Shown: positions 28,592 to 38,680 of the stretch, one piece after another
How the letters are laid out: each line of letters starts with the position of its first letter
Numbering within the stretch: the stretch's first letter is position 1
DNA from: Nitrospirota bacterium
GTDB lineage: Bacteria > Nitrospirota > UBA9217
Direction: 5' to 3'
NCBI GenBank assembly: GCA_963790205.1
Contig: CAWBNQ010000003.1
Location: forward strand, 544,001 to 608,000
DNA length: 64,000 nt
The notes under the pieces: generated by a model
What the model was told of the DNA's origin: nothing
The model's input: only the letters and a program-made list of their open reading frames with translations
Databases searched by the model: none
Made by a program: the position numbers and the translations under genes

Positions 28592-28620
28592 ATTATTAGC
28601 TCTCTTGCTCGTATTGTCAA
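28592..28620 (-). promoter_or_regulatory. Sigma70-type promoter for the ArnT-like gene
   Basis: TTGACA-N17-AATAAT on the minus strand. Confidence 0.5.
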
Positions 28621-28783
28621 TCCAGCAAAAACAGTAATTCATTTGGTATACTAAACTAACTGCAAGTTTTTCGTTGGAATGGCGCTCTGTTATTTGATTA
28701 AAATGAATAAACCTTGTTTTCTTTTAGGAGTCAAACATCATACCAGGGTACTCAATAAAATAAAATTAAGGAGGGTTTTAATT

Positions 28784-29341
28784 ATGAAGTACAAAAGTAT
28801 GATATATCTTTCGGTCATGATCATTGTCGGTCTTTTCCCCCTGTGGGGGTGTCCGAAAAAAATGGAAGTGGCGTCGGCGCCTGAATCAAGCAAAGAGGCC
28901 GTGACCGCGCCTGCTACGACGGAGGCCGCTTCGACTCAAGCCGCGCCTGCAACCACAGCGCCTGAGGTAAAGTCGGAGGAATCGAAGGAGCGCGCAGCAG
29001 TATCGGAGGCAGGACTGAAGCCGATTTATTTTGACTTTGACAAGTCTTTTATACGCGAGGACGCAAGGCCGGTCATGCAGGCCAATGCCGAATGGCTTAA
29101 GGAGAACCCGAACGTCAAAGTAAGGATCGAGGGCAACTGTGACGAACGCGGCACCATCGAGTATAATCAGGCATTGGGACAGCGGCGCGCTGTAAGCGCA
29201 AAGAAGTATTTGACCGACATGGGCGTGTCTTCCAGCCGCATCTCGCTGATCAGCTACGGCAAGGAGAAACCCGTCTGTACGGATCATAACGAAACCTGCT
29301 GGCAGAAAAACAGGAGAGATGACCTTGTAGAGACCAGGTGA
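28784..29341 (+). CDS. pal: Peptidoglycan-associated lipoprotein (OmpA domain)
   Basis: LWGC lipobox; IYFDFDKS, IEGNCDERGT.EYN.ALGQRRA, SYGKEKP, NRR. Confidence 0.92.
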   Translation: MKYKSMIYLSVMIIVGLFPLWGCPKKMEVASAPESSKEAVTAPATTEAASTQAAPATTAPEVKSEESKERAAVSEAGLKPIYFDFDKSFIREDARPVMQANAEWLKENPNVKVRIEGNCDERGTIEYNQALGQRRAVSAKKYLTDMGVSSSRISLISYGKEKPVCTDHNETCWQKNRRDDLVETR

Positions 29342-29594
29342 CAACGGTCAAGAAGCGTTTACTCAAAAAATGATCGCGACATCGTTTGCTCCAAACGTCA
29401 GGTTTATGTATTACGGCGATGCCGCGACCCGCATCATCTGTTTTGTAGATGATAGAGGTATTCTTTGACCTGGATCGTATCTCGGAAGAGTTTTGACTTC
29501 TGCTGGATATGTTGATAATATCGGGAAACGCTCAAGAGTGATTTGAAATCCATTATCCTACGTTTAGCGTAATGGTAATTTAAGGAGGTCATCA

Positions 29595-31058
29595 ATGAAA
29601 ATGAAGAGGAAACACACGTTACTCCGCAACTATCTTGCTTTATCCGTAGCTCTTTTGCTGACAGCGAGTTTTTTCACGGCCGGCATGGCTTCAGCCAGGG
29701 AAAAGATCATTTCGCAGGAATCAATAAAAACGCTCGGCAGATTAAGCGACGCCCTGGCTGAGGTGGCCGATACCGTGCGCCCTGCTGTCGTGAACATATC
29801 TACGACCTCGGTCGAGACCATGGAAGAAAACCCCTTAGGCGGTATGTTCAACGACCCCTTTTTCAGGCACTTTTTCGGCGACCAGTTCGGGGGCGGGCGT
29901 CCGGAACAAAAGCGAACATTCAAATCATCGGCCCTCGGCTCCGGGGTGATCGTGTCGGGGAACGGTTATATATTGACGAACAACCACGTGGTAAAGGGCG
30001 CAGAGGAGATCAAGGTCATTCTCTACGACAAGCGTGAATTCAAAGGCAAGGTCGTCGGCACCGACCCCCGAACGGACCTCGCCGTGGTCAAGATCGATGC
30101 GAAGGACCTGCCGACCCTCTCGTTCGGCGACTCCGGCAAGCTGAGGACCGGCGATATCGTCCTGGCGATCGGCAATCCCTTCGGCCTGAACCAGACCATC
30201 ACCATGGGGATCGTGAGCGCCGTGGGCCGTTCCAACATCGGCCTGGCCGATTTCGAGGACTTCATCCAGACCGATGCGGCCATCAACCCGGGCAATTCCG
30301 GGGGCGCCCTGGTGAACGGCAGGGGGGAGCTTGTGGGGATCAATACGGCGATTTTTTCGACCAGCGGCGGATACATGGGGATCGGGTTCGCCATCCCGTC
30401 GGACATGGCGAAATCGGTCATGGACAGCATCATTAAATACGGCAAAGTGATCCGCGGCTGGCTTGGCGTAAGCATTCAGAACCTTACCCCGGAGCTTGCC
30501 AAACCGCTGGGGATCAAGGAAACGGAAGGCGCCCTGATAGCGGGCGTCGAAAGCGGCAGTCCCGCGGACAAGGCGGGCCTGAAGCGGGGCGATCTTGTCG
30601 TTGAAATGAACGGCAAAAAAATTACCGATGTGACGAACCTCAGGAATACGGTCGCAGCAACGGCGCCGGGAACACGGGTCGATTTCAAGATCATCAGGAA
30701 CGGCAAGGAACAGACGATTGCGGCGACCCTCGGCGAGTACCGGGAAAAGAAGATCATAAAGAAGACGGAGTACGACAATGCGCTCAAGGGAGTAACGATC
30801 CAGGAGCTTACTCCGAGCCTGCGGGACAAGCTCAACCTGCCGGAGGATATGACAGGCGTCGTGGTCACCGCCGTCGGGTCGGACAGCCCGGCCCAGGGGT
30901 TGCTGCAGGCGAACGACGTGATCCAGGAAGTGGACCGCAAGCCGGTCCGGAGCGCGCAGGAGTACGAGGAGCTCGCTTCCAAGATCGGCAGCCACGACAC
31001 GGTCCTCCTGCTGATCTACCGGGACGGCGGGTCGGCCTATCTTACGATACAGCCATAA
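29595..31058 (+). CDS. DegP/DegQ (Do) serine endoprotease with two PDZ domains
   Basis: TNNHVV, TDLAV, DAAINPGNSGG. Confidence 0.95.
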   Translation: MKMKRKHTLLRNYLALSVALLLTASFFTAGMASAREKIISQESIKTLGRLSDALAEVADTVRPAVVNISTTSVETMEENPLGGMFNDPFFRHFFGDQFGGGRPEQKRTFKSSALGSGVIVSGNGYILTNNHVVKGAEEIKVILYDKREFKGKVVGTDPRTDLAVVKIDAKDLPTLSFGDSGKLRTGDIVLAIGNPFGLNQTITMGIVSAVGRSNIGLADFEDFIQTDAAINPGNSGGALVNGRGELVGINTAIFSTSGGYMGIGFAIPSDMAKSVMDSIIKYGKVIRGWLGVSIQNLTPELAKPLGIKETEGALIAGVESGSPADKAGLKRGDLVVEMNGKKITDVTNLRNTVAATAPGTRVDFKIIRNGKEQTIAATLGEYREKKIIKKTEYDNALKGVTIQELTPSLRDKLNLPEDMTGVVVTAVGSDSPAQGLLQANDVIQEVDRKPVRSAQEYEELASKIGSHDTVLLLIYRDGGSAYLTIQP

Positions 31059-31143
31059 GGCATGGATCATCGCCCTTTCTTCCTCTTGAAGGTTGACAAG
31101 GGGTACTGTCAAAAGTTTCATGAAAAAAGAGAGGCAAAGCATG

Positions 31144-31390
31144 AAACCACACCCTGCACTCGCGCTGAGCACTCGTAAACGCCGGGCGCAGGCAGAGGGC
31201 ACCGAGGAGTGCCTGGGTAAAACCCAAACACGTTGAGTTTCTTTATCAATAAGATGCTCTGTGTTCTCGTGGTTTAAATGACAAGACAAAACAAACGGAG
31301 CAGGTAATAAAAAGAGCGCAGAGGGGGAGGGAGGACACAGAGGAAGTTACCACCATACATTCAAGACCTTCTCTGTGCGCTCTGTGGTTA
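31144..31390. repeat. Degenerate REP-like palindromes (ACCACAGAG/CTCTGTG family)
   Basis: CACAGAG...CTCTGTGTTCTCGTGGTT and CTCTGTGCGCTCTGTGGTT; similar units at 57970-58036 and 60717-60780. Confidence 0.5.
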
Positions 31391-31427
31391 ATTCCTGACA
31401 TTACGTGACAAGGTAGAAGGAGTTCGT

Positions 31428-34091
31428 ATGAAAAAAGAAATTGCGCGCTTCGTATGCGGAGCGATCGTAGGGTTCCTGCTGTTGCCGGTGCCGTCGCGGG
31501 CAGCCGCTGGAGCTGATGTTGTCCGCGCGACCCTTGCGAACGGTCTGCGCGTGGTGATCGTGCCGAATGACCTGGCGCCCGTGGTCACGACGGAAGTGAA
31601 CTATCTCGCGGGTTCGAATGAAGCGCCCGATGGCTTTCCGGGAATGGCTCATGCCCAGGAGCATATGATGTTTCGCGGCAGCCCGGGGCTCAACGCCGCC
31701 CAGCTTGCGAACATTATCGCCTTGATGGGAAGTGATTTCAACGCAGACACGCAGCAGACCGTGACCCAGTATTTTCTTACGGTGCCCAGGGATGACATCG
31801 ATGTTGCGCTGAAGGTAGAAGCGGTGCGCATGCGCGGCGTCCTCGACTCAGAAGAGCTTTGGGCGCAGGAGCGAGGAGCAATCGAGCAGGAGGTGGCACA
31901 GGACCTTTCGAATCCCGAGTACGTTTTTTATAACCGGCTTCTCGAGAATATGTTCAGCAATACGCCCTATGCCCACGATGCCCTGGGCACGCGGCCTTCG
32001 TTCGAAAAGACGACCGGTGCAGTGCTCAAGAAATTCTATGACACATGGTATGCACCGAACAATGCCATTCTTATTATTGCGGGAGATGTAGTGCCGGCCA
32101 GGACCCTGGAAAAGGTGAAGGAACTGTTCGAATCGATCCCCGCGAGACCCTTACCGCCGCGCCCGGAGATTCACCTTGAGGCGCTCAGGCCTACTTCGAT
32201 CAAGCTCGATACCGACCTGCCCTATGGACTTGCCATCGTGGCATTCCGCTTGCCCGGCTACGACAGCCCTGACTATGCAGCGGGGCAAATCCTGTCTGAT
32301 GTTCTGGACAGTCAGCGGGGAAGTCTCTATGAGCTGGTCACAGAAGGAAAAGCGCTCTTCACCGGATTCGACGGCGAGTCTCTTCCCAGGGCGTCGTTCG
32401 GGTACGCTACAGCGGCATTTCCCTCCGGAGGGGATGGTTCTGCACTGGTCGCCACAATAAAAAGCATAGTCGCTGATTATGCGAAAAAAGGGGTTCCGGC
32501 CGACATTGTCGAGGCGTCAAAACGCCATGAGGTCACGGACGCCGAATTTCAGTCCAACTCCATTTCCGGGCTCGCCGCAGTTTGGTCCCAGGCGCTAGCG
32601 GTGGAGGGCCGCTCCTCTCCTGATGACGATATCGCGGCGATCAAAAAAGTGACCGTGGCAGATGTGAACCGCGTTCTCAGGGAATACCTCGTGAATGATA
32701 CCGCGATTACAGCCGTTCTTACACCGCGCCCCTCGGGGAAGCCGGTGTCAGCAAAAGGATTTGGCGGCAAGGAATCGTTCGCCCCGGCGAAGACCACCCA
32801 TGCCGAACTTCCTGATTGGGCGAAAAGGGTCGCATCATTGCCCGGCGTCCCGGTTTCAAGAGTCAAACCCACGGTCTCTACATTGCCCAATGGTATCCGC
32901 TTGATCGTTCAACCGGAAAATGTCAGCCCTACAGTAACCGTCATGGGGCAGATCAAGAACAAGCCGGAGCTCGAGGAACCCGCGGGAAAAGAAGGGGTCG
33001 CCGATGTTCTGCAAGGCCTGTTTTCTTACGGCACGACATCCCTCGACAGGCTTGCGTTTCAGAAGGCACAGGACGACATCGGAGCAAACATTTCGGCCGG
33101 CACGAGTTTTTCGCTCAGGGTTCTCTCAGACCAATTTGACCGCGGCATGGCGCTTCTTGCCGACAATCTGCTGCACCCCGCCCTTCCTGATTCCGCGTTC
33201 GAGACCGTGCGGCAGGAAAAATTAAGTTCTTTGCCCGGCCTGCTTAGAAGTCCTTCTTATATTTCACGGCGCGCACTGCGTGAAGCGCTCTATCCCAAAA
33301 ATGATCCATCGCTCCGTCAGGCCTTGCCCGAGACGGTAAGCAAGCTGTCGTTGCAAGACGTCAGGTCTTATTACGATACGGTCTTTCGCCCCGACCTGAC
33401 GACGGTCGTTGTCATCGGTCGGATAACTCCCGAGCTGGCCAGGGGCACAATTGAAAAGTATCTCGGTTCATGGAAGGCGCACGGCAGCAAACCGGAGACG
33501 GACCTCCCTCCGGTGCCGCCAAACAAGCCATTTTTAGCCGCGGTGCCCGATGCAAGCAGGGTCCAGGATCAGGTTACCTTGGCGGAGACGATCGGCATCA
33601 CGCGTTCCCACCCGGATTATTACAAACTTACGCTCGGCAACCATGTGTTGTCAGGCGCATTTTACGCTTCCCGGCTGTACCACGATCTGCGAGAGCAGGC
33701 CGGCCTGGTCTACACGGTAGAGTCCTTCATCGAAGCGAGAAAGACCCGCTCGCTTTTCGGGGTCTTCTTTGCCTGCGATCCTCCGAACGTAGCCAAGGCC
33801 CGTGCCATGGTGGAACATAACCTGAGAGCAATGCAGACTGCCCCTGTTACGCAAGCTGAATTGCTGCAGGCCAAAATCCTGCTCTTACGGCAACTGCCCC
33901 TTTCAGAAGCGAGCACGGACAGTATCGCGGGCGGAATGCTTGCCCGTTCCGAGGAGGGTTTGCCTCTGGACGAGCCTGTGCGGGCTGCCGAACAGTACCT
34001 GCACCTTACGTCGAAACAGGTGCAGAAAGCCTTTGCCAAATGGATCCGGCCCGCGGGGTTTGTTCAAGTGACTTTTGGGCCGAACCCATGA
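31428..34091 (+). CDS. M16 (pitrilysin-family) zinc protease, secreted
   Basis: GMAHAQEHMMFRGS (HxxEH), two M16 halves, signal peptide. Confidence 0.92.
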   Translation: MKKEIARFVCGAIVGFLLLPVPSRAAAGADVVRATLANGLRVVIVPNDLAPVVTTEVNYLAGSNEAPDGFPGMAHAQEHMMFRGSPGLNAAQLANIIALMGSDFNADTQQTVTQYFLTVPRDDIDVALKVEAVRMRGVLDSEELWAQERGAIEQEVAQDLSNPEYVFYNRLLENMFSNTPYAHDALGTRPSFEKTTGAVLKKFYDTWYAPNNAILIIAGDVVPARTLEKVKELFESIPARPLPPRPEIHLEALRPTSIKLDTDLPYGLAIVAFRLPGYDSPDYAAGQILSDVLDSQRGSLYELVTEGKALFTGFDGESLPRASFGYATAAFPSGGDGSALVATIKSIVADYAKKGVPADIVEASKRHEVTDAEFQSNSISGLAAVWSQALAVEGRSSPDDDIAAIKKVTVADVNRVLREYLVNDTAITAVLTPRPSGKPVSAKGFGGKESFAPAKTTHAELPDWAKRVASLPGVPVSRVKPTVSTLPNGIRLIVQPENVSPTVTVMGQIKNKPELEEPAGKEGVADVLQGLFSYGTTSLDRLAFQKAQDDIGANISAGTSFSLRVLSDQFDRGMALLADNLLHPALPDSAFETVRQEKLSSLPGLLRSPSYISRRALREALYPKNDPSLRQALPETVSKLSLQDVRSYYDTVFRPDLTTVVVIGRITPELARGTIEKYLGSWKAHGSKPETDLPPVPPNKPFLAAVPDASRVQDQVTLAETIGITRSHPDYYKLTLGNHVLSGAFYASRLYHDLREQAGLVYTVESFIEARKTRSLFGVFFACDPPNVAKARAMVEHNLRAMQTAPVTQAELLQAKILLLRQLPLSEASTDSIAGGMLARSEEGLPLDEPVRAAEQYLHLTSKQVQKAFAKWIRPAGFVQVTFGPNP

Positions 34092-34407
34092 AAGCGTAAC
34101 CGCGAATAAAAGAGTTTGGAATGATACACGCCCAAGTATCAGTTTCAAACAAGTACTCCTGGGCATGATAGGCATTACGCTTCTTTCGCTTCCTCTGCCC
34201 GTCTGAGGGACCGGGGCACAAAACGAACCAATCGGTTGACGCTGTTGTGCGCGAAATCGTTTATGCATACCGTGGATAGCCGGTACGGGAGAATATTCAC
34301 GCGCTCTCCGCGACTTTGGTTTGATTGACCATTTTGGAATTGAGAGCTATCATATGAATTGGCAGTAGCGAATAGCACGCTCTTCAGCGTGAAAGGAGGT
34401 GCGGATC

Positions 34408-34806
34408 ATGATCCGTAATATATTTACGAAAAAAGGATCGGCCAAGGCGGCAATGCTGCTGACCGGGCTCGTTGTTCTGGTCGCTGCCGCGCTTATTGTG
34501 CTGTCCTTTGCCAATACGGCCTTTACCCGGGGAAGCATGCAAGCGGGAGAAAAGGTCGCCCTTATTAAAGGAGAGGTTGTGGCCATAGATACCGTGAGAC
34601 ATTTAACGGTACTGACCGTTCAGTCCGGCGAGATAGGCCAGTTCCCGAATGATCAGATGCACATCTATTTAAATCCGAATACTATGGTGAAAATCTGCAA
34701 AGCAACCGAACCTGCTAAAGACATAAAGGTCGACTATAATGCGACCATCAAGTATCACGAGTTAGGCGGCTTGGCCGTTGCCAACAGCGCTTCAGAGCGC
34801 TGCTGA
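34408..34806 (+). CDS. Hypothetical exported protein
   Basis: AAGGAGGT RBS, N-terminal TM/signal, followed by a terminator. Confidence 0.7.
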   Translation: MIRNIFTKKGSAKAAMLLTGLVVLVAAALIVLSFANTAFTRGSMQAGEKVALIKGEVVAIDTVRHLTVLTVQSGEIGQFPNDQMHIYLNPNTMVKICKATEPAKDIKVDYNATIKYHELGGLAVANSASERC

Positions 34807-34820
34807 GAATGTTTCATCCC

Positions 34821-34862
34821 GAAAGGCTCCGTACCTGTGTACCGGTGCGGAGCCTTTCTTTT
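34821..34862 (+). terminator. Intrinsic terminator
   Basis: GAAAGGCTCCGTACC...GGTGCGGAGCCTTTC followed by TTTT. Confidence 0.75.
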
Positions 34863-35175
34863 GCGATAAACGCGGTGAGGCGTATTGTCGATACTCCGGC
34901 GGTCCTTCCTCGGTGGCGCTCGGCGCTTCGGCCCGTAACGAGCGCCCCCCAGCTCAAATGAAAAATACTGTCATTCCTGAATCGCATGCATGATGCAGTG
35001 CGTCTGACGACACCATGTTCGCGCCGGATCAGAAGCACAATAACAATATCCAGGCAGGTCAACAGCAGCAAAAAAGCGCCGAATGGATCGCTGCAAGGGT
35101 CGGCAAAATTCAGGAAGACCGTCTCAGGAGCGGCTGCGACGCGATTGCGCACAGTTCGGAAGGCAGGAAGATTCG

Positions 35176-37578
35176 TCAGTCCTCTACGACCGTGACCGAG
35201 TAGTCCACGCCTTCCCATTTATTCTGATCAGGCCGGTAGATCGTGAATAAGATCATGCCGCCCGCGGAAAGGTCTTTCGAAGGCAGGTCCGTCACATGAA
35301 CGCCGAGTCCGGTATCGCGCGTCTCGCTGTCCTTTGCCGTCCGCCAATAGTCCGCGCTCCAGTGGACCACGGCCGCCTGAAGTGTCTCAATGCGCAATAT
35401 CCTGCCCGCTTTCATGGTGCGGATCTTGTGATTATAACGCCAGAGGGAGTGGAGAGGCCCTCTCTTCTCAACCTGGTAGCGCTGTACGGTCTGGGGAGGC
35501 ATGCCGAAAACCCTGTTGTCGCGGAGGGAGCGGAGCAGCATCACGTATTCCGCGTGGGCCCACACGAGCGGCATGGCAGAGCCGGACGGCCTGCCGAAAA
35601 AAAGTTCCCGCCCAGGAATGTCTGCCGCGTCCCATATCTGCTCGGGGATGAGACCTCCTGCATTGGCCGTGGATGCTAATGCACGAAGAAGCCTTTCCGC
35701 CCCGCTCTTCCTGCCTGCGGCAAGCTCATAGTGCGCCCGCTCGCCCGCAATCAGGGGCCATGCCCTTCCGATACCGGTCCCGTCAAAAGGAGAACCATCG
35801 CCATGCTCGCCGTACCCGTCGTCATTATACCGGCGCCAGAGAGAGCCATAGGGCATATCCACTTTGAGCAGCGAATCGATGACCCTCACGGTGTTCAGAA
35901 TCCTGGGATCATCTGCTCGCCGGAGACCGAAGCGGACGAGCGCGAGGGCATCGGGACTCACGATCGCCGAAGCGGGCAGGCTGCTCTGGCCCGGGGGCCG
36001 GTTCTTGATCGTGACAAAACCTCCGGCCGGCGACGATGCGTCGGAGACCTCGGGAGGAGCGATCCGCACATAGTAGCCCTTTACTCCCGTCTTTTTTGCA
36101 AGGTCCGTCCCTTTCACATAGATCCACTGTTCGATGCTGTCGTTCCAGAAGTCCGCCGTTTCCCGCAAGTATGCAGCAACTTCCGGCTCATGATTGAGCT
36201 CCGACAGATCGGCTGCGCAGAGCAGGGCCGCGATCTCCGCGGCAAGGGTGAAGGGAGAGTAGCCCGGGTCCTCCTCCCACCGGTCCTGCTGCGTCACCGG
36301 ACCGTTTTGGACGATGAAGGACGCAGCCCGTTTCACCATGGGCCACAGCCGCTGCTGCTCCCCCTGGTCAAGCGCTTGTTCCCGCCTCGCAAGATCAACG
36401 AGGAGGATCGGGAGCGCTGTCTCATCCATCTGGATGCCGCCCCAATAGGGACTGCCGTCGAGCCACATGTTCTGGGGCCAATGGCCGTCCGCTTCCTGCG
36501 TGGACTGAAGATAATGGAGCACTCTTCGCGCGTCCTCATGCGCTCCTGCCGCCAGGAGCCCTGATGCGGTTTCCACAAGATCACGGGGCCAGGCAAGATG
36601 GTACCCTCCCAGATCGTCGTCGCCCTTGGAAAAACCCCAGGGCACCGAGAGGCTCGCGATCAAACCTCCGGGAGAGTTCTTGGCCTCGTGGGTCCGCATG
36701 ACTGCCGTGCTGGTCCGGTAGAGAGCGTCCTGTCCGTCTCCGCCAAGCGGAAGCAACGTCTGCTGCCATGCTTGCCACTCGTTGACATAATCCTTTTTTG
36801 CGCGTTCGAATCCGTCGGACAGACTCGCCAAAGCCCGGTTTCCTGCTTCGGCAGCATTCCTCCCGAAAGCGAGAGCAAGCGTAAATGCTCCCTGTGCAGC
36901 TTGCATATCGATCTCTCCGATGAGCGCGATATTCCCGTTCTCTGCCCGATCATAGGTCCAGGTCATCTGTTTATGCTGTGAAAGGTCCTGCCATCCGTCG
37001 GACGCGCCGACAAAGCCTGCGGACCTCTTGAGCCATGGCACCGAGCAGGCAAGAGCAAGCGTAATCCCCGCCCGTTCGGCAAAAAGCATCGGCACTCCCT
37101 TGTAGTCGCCGAGCCAGCCATTGTTTCCCCATCCCCCATTCGCGATGTGCGGAGCGAGCAGCGTGTAGACATGGTATGTTTCCAAGGACCCCTGAAGCGG
37201 CATGAAGCGCGTCTGCTGCAGCAGTACCTCGCGCCAGGAGTCGGTCAATACCTCTTTCTCGATCCGGTAGCGGCCGTCCTCGCTCGTATTCTCAATATGA
37301 TAAGCAGGGACCCCCGGAGCGAGTTGAGCAATGGAATGCCGCGTACTTCTTTTCTCGTCGGAGAAATATTCCGCGCCGTCCGTAACCAGCATTCCCATGT
37401 CGCGGGTGCATGCCTGGTCCATACGAGGATAGTAGATTTCGTTCATTATGCCGTGGCTCACGGTGAACCAGACGCGGCTTGCGGGGTTCAGGGACGCGCC
37501 GACGCCGTCCTTTGCGCTCGACGTCCAGCGCGGCGGAATCCCGGGCCAGCCGGGAGCGTAACGATATTCTTTACTCAT
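35176..37578 (-). CDS. Glucan 1,4-alpha-glucosidase / glucoamylase (GH15, glucodextranase-N)
   Basis: GGYHLAWPRD, QMDE, QDRWEE, GLIPEQIW, SAMPLVWAHAEY. Confidence 0.93.
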   Translation of the reverse strand: MSKEYRYAPGWPGIPPRWTSSAKDGVGASLNPASRVWFTVSHGIMNEIYYPRMDQACTRDMGMLVTDGAEYFSDEKRSTRHSIAQLAPGVPAYHIENTSEDGRYRIEKEVLTDSWREVLLQQTRFMPLQGSLETYHVYTLLAPHIANGGWGNNGWLGDYKGVPMLFAERAGITLALACSVPWLKRSAGFVGASDGWQDLSQHKQMTWTYDRAENGNIALIGEIDMQAAQGAFTLALAFGRNAAEAGNRALASLSDGFERAKKDYVNEWQAWQQTLLPLGGDGQDALYRTSTAVMRTHEAKNSPGGLIASLSVPWGFSKGDDDLGGYHLAWPRDLVETASGLLAAGAHEDARRVLHYLQSTQEADGHWPQNMWLDGSPYWGGIQMDETALPILLVDLARREQALDQGEQQRLWPMVKRAASFIVQNGPVTQQDRWEEDPGYSPFTLAAEIAALLCAADLSELNHEPEVAAYLRETADFWNDSIEQWIYVKGTDLAKKTGVKGYYVRIAPPEVSDASSPAGGFVTIKNRPPGQSSLPASAIVSPDALALVRFGLRRADDPRILNTVRVIDSLLKVDMPYGSLWRRYNDDGYGEHGDGSPFDGTGIGRAWPLIAGERAHYELAAGRKSGAERLLRALASTANAGGLIPEQIWDAADIPGRELFFGRPSGSAMPLVWAHAEYVMLLRSLRDNRVFGMPPQTVQRYQVEKRGPLHSLWRYNHKIRTMKAGRILRIETLQAAVVHWSADYWRTAKDSETRDTGLGVHVTDLPSKDLSAGGMILFTIYRPDQNKWEGVDYSVTVVED

Positions 37579-38680
37579 GGGACCACTCCAATACGACTTT
37601 GATCTCATCCGCTTCATGACGCGTTAATGCAAGTTGAAATTCCGCAAAGGGTCGGCGATGTGAAATGAGGCGCGTCACATGGTCTCCCCAGGCAAGCCGT
37701 GCGCGAACGAGGTCGTCAACAGCCATTTGAAAGTGATCGCGGGAAGCGTTCACGCTTCCGATCATCACCTGATTTCCGAGCACGAGCCTTCGTATCAAGT
37801 CTGCGCCGTCGAGCTGGAGAGGCCGGTCTCCGCCGGGAATGCCGGTGAGCACATAGACGCCGTTCTTGCCGAGCGCGTCGAGCAGGTTGAATTCGAGCGC
37901 GGCAACGCCTGTCGCCTCAAGGAGCAAATCCATCTGCCCCAGTTCGCGTTCGACCTTGTCAGGAGGGATTTTCCGGCCGTCCACGTACGAGCCGCCAATA
38001 TGAGCGAGCCATTGCGGACGGGCGCTGTCCGCGTCCACGACATCGAGGCCGTAGACCTTTGCCCCGCGAAGGCGCAAAGCGACGGCCGCCAGAAGCCCGA
38101 TTGGGCCGAGGCCTGCCACGAGGCAGCGGCGGCCGTAGAGCCAGTTGGGCGTTGCGGCAGCTTCAGGCAGGCGTGCTGATTGGATGCGGACAGACTCGTC
38201 GATGGCCTTCTCGGCAACCGAGAGCGGCTCGGTAAGCACGCCTACCGGCTCAAGATCGGCGGGCACGCGGACGACATACTGCTCCCTGTCCACGGCAAAT
38301 TCAGTCTGATACCCGTCCATGCCCCAAATGCCCCGCTCATGATAGTTGCCGGTAAGACACATGTCCGAGCGATTCATCAGGCAGGGCAGGCATTCACCGC
38401 ACCCGCGGCGTACCGTGAACACGGCATAGTCGCCGGGCTTCACCCGGGTCGCGGATTTTCCTGTTTCTACGACCCGGCCGAACATCTCGTGGCCGATCAC
38501 AAGCTCTTTTCGACCTTGCGGGGCCATGGCCCGTCCCCCTGAAGTCTCTTCACGGTCTGTGCCGCAGATGCCCACGCGAAGAATCCGCACTTTCACGTCG
38601 TCAAGAGAAGTGATGGCCGGTTCGGGAAGATCGGTCAGCCTGATCGCAGGTGTGCCGGGTGTAAGAGCGACTGCTTTCAT
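37571..38680 (-). CDS. Zn-dependent glucose 1-dehydrogenase (MDR family)
   Basis: GICGTDRE, IGHE, TVRRGCGEC..C...RSDMC, GLGPIG, GSVNAS. Confidence 0.88.
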   Translation of the reverse strand: MKAVALTPGTPAIRLTDLPEPAITSLDDVKVRILRVGICGTDREETSGGRAMAPQGRKELVIGHEMFGRVVETGKSATRVKPGDYAVFTVRRGCGECLPCLMNRSDMCLTGNYHERGIWGMDGYQTEFAVDREQYVVRVPADLEPVGVLTEPLSVAEKAIDESVRIQSARLPEAAATPNWLYGRRCLVAGLGPIGLLAAVALRLRGAKVYGLDVVDADSARPQWLAHIGGSYVDGRKIPPDKVERELGQMDLLLEATGVAALEFNLLDALGKNGVYVLTGIPGGDRPLQLDGADLIRRLVLGNQVMIGSVNASRDHFQMAVDDLVRARLAWGDHVTRLISHRRPFAEFQLALTRHEADEIKVVLEWSHE

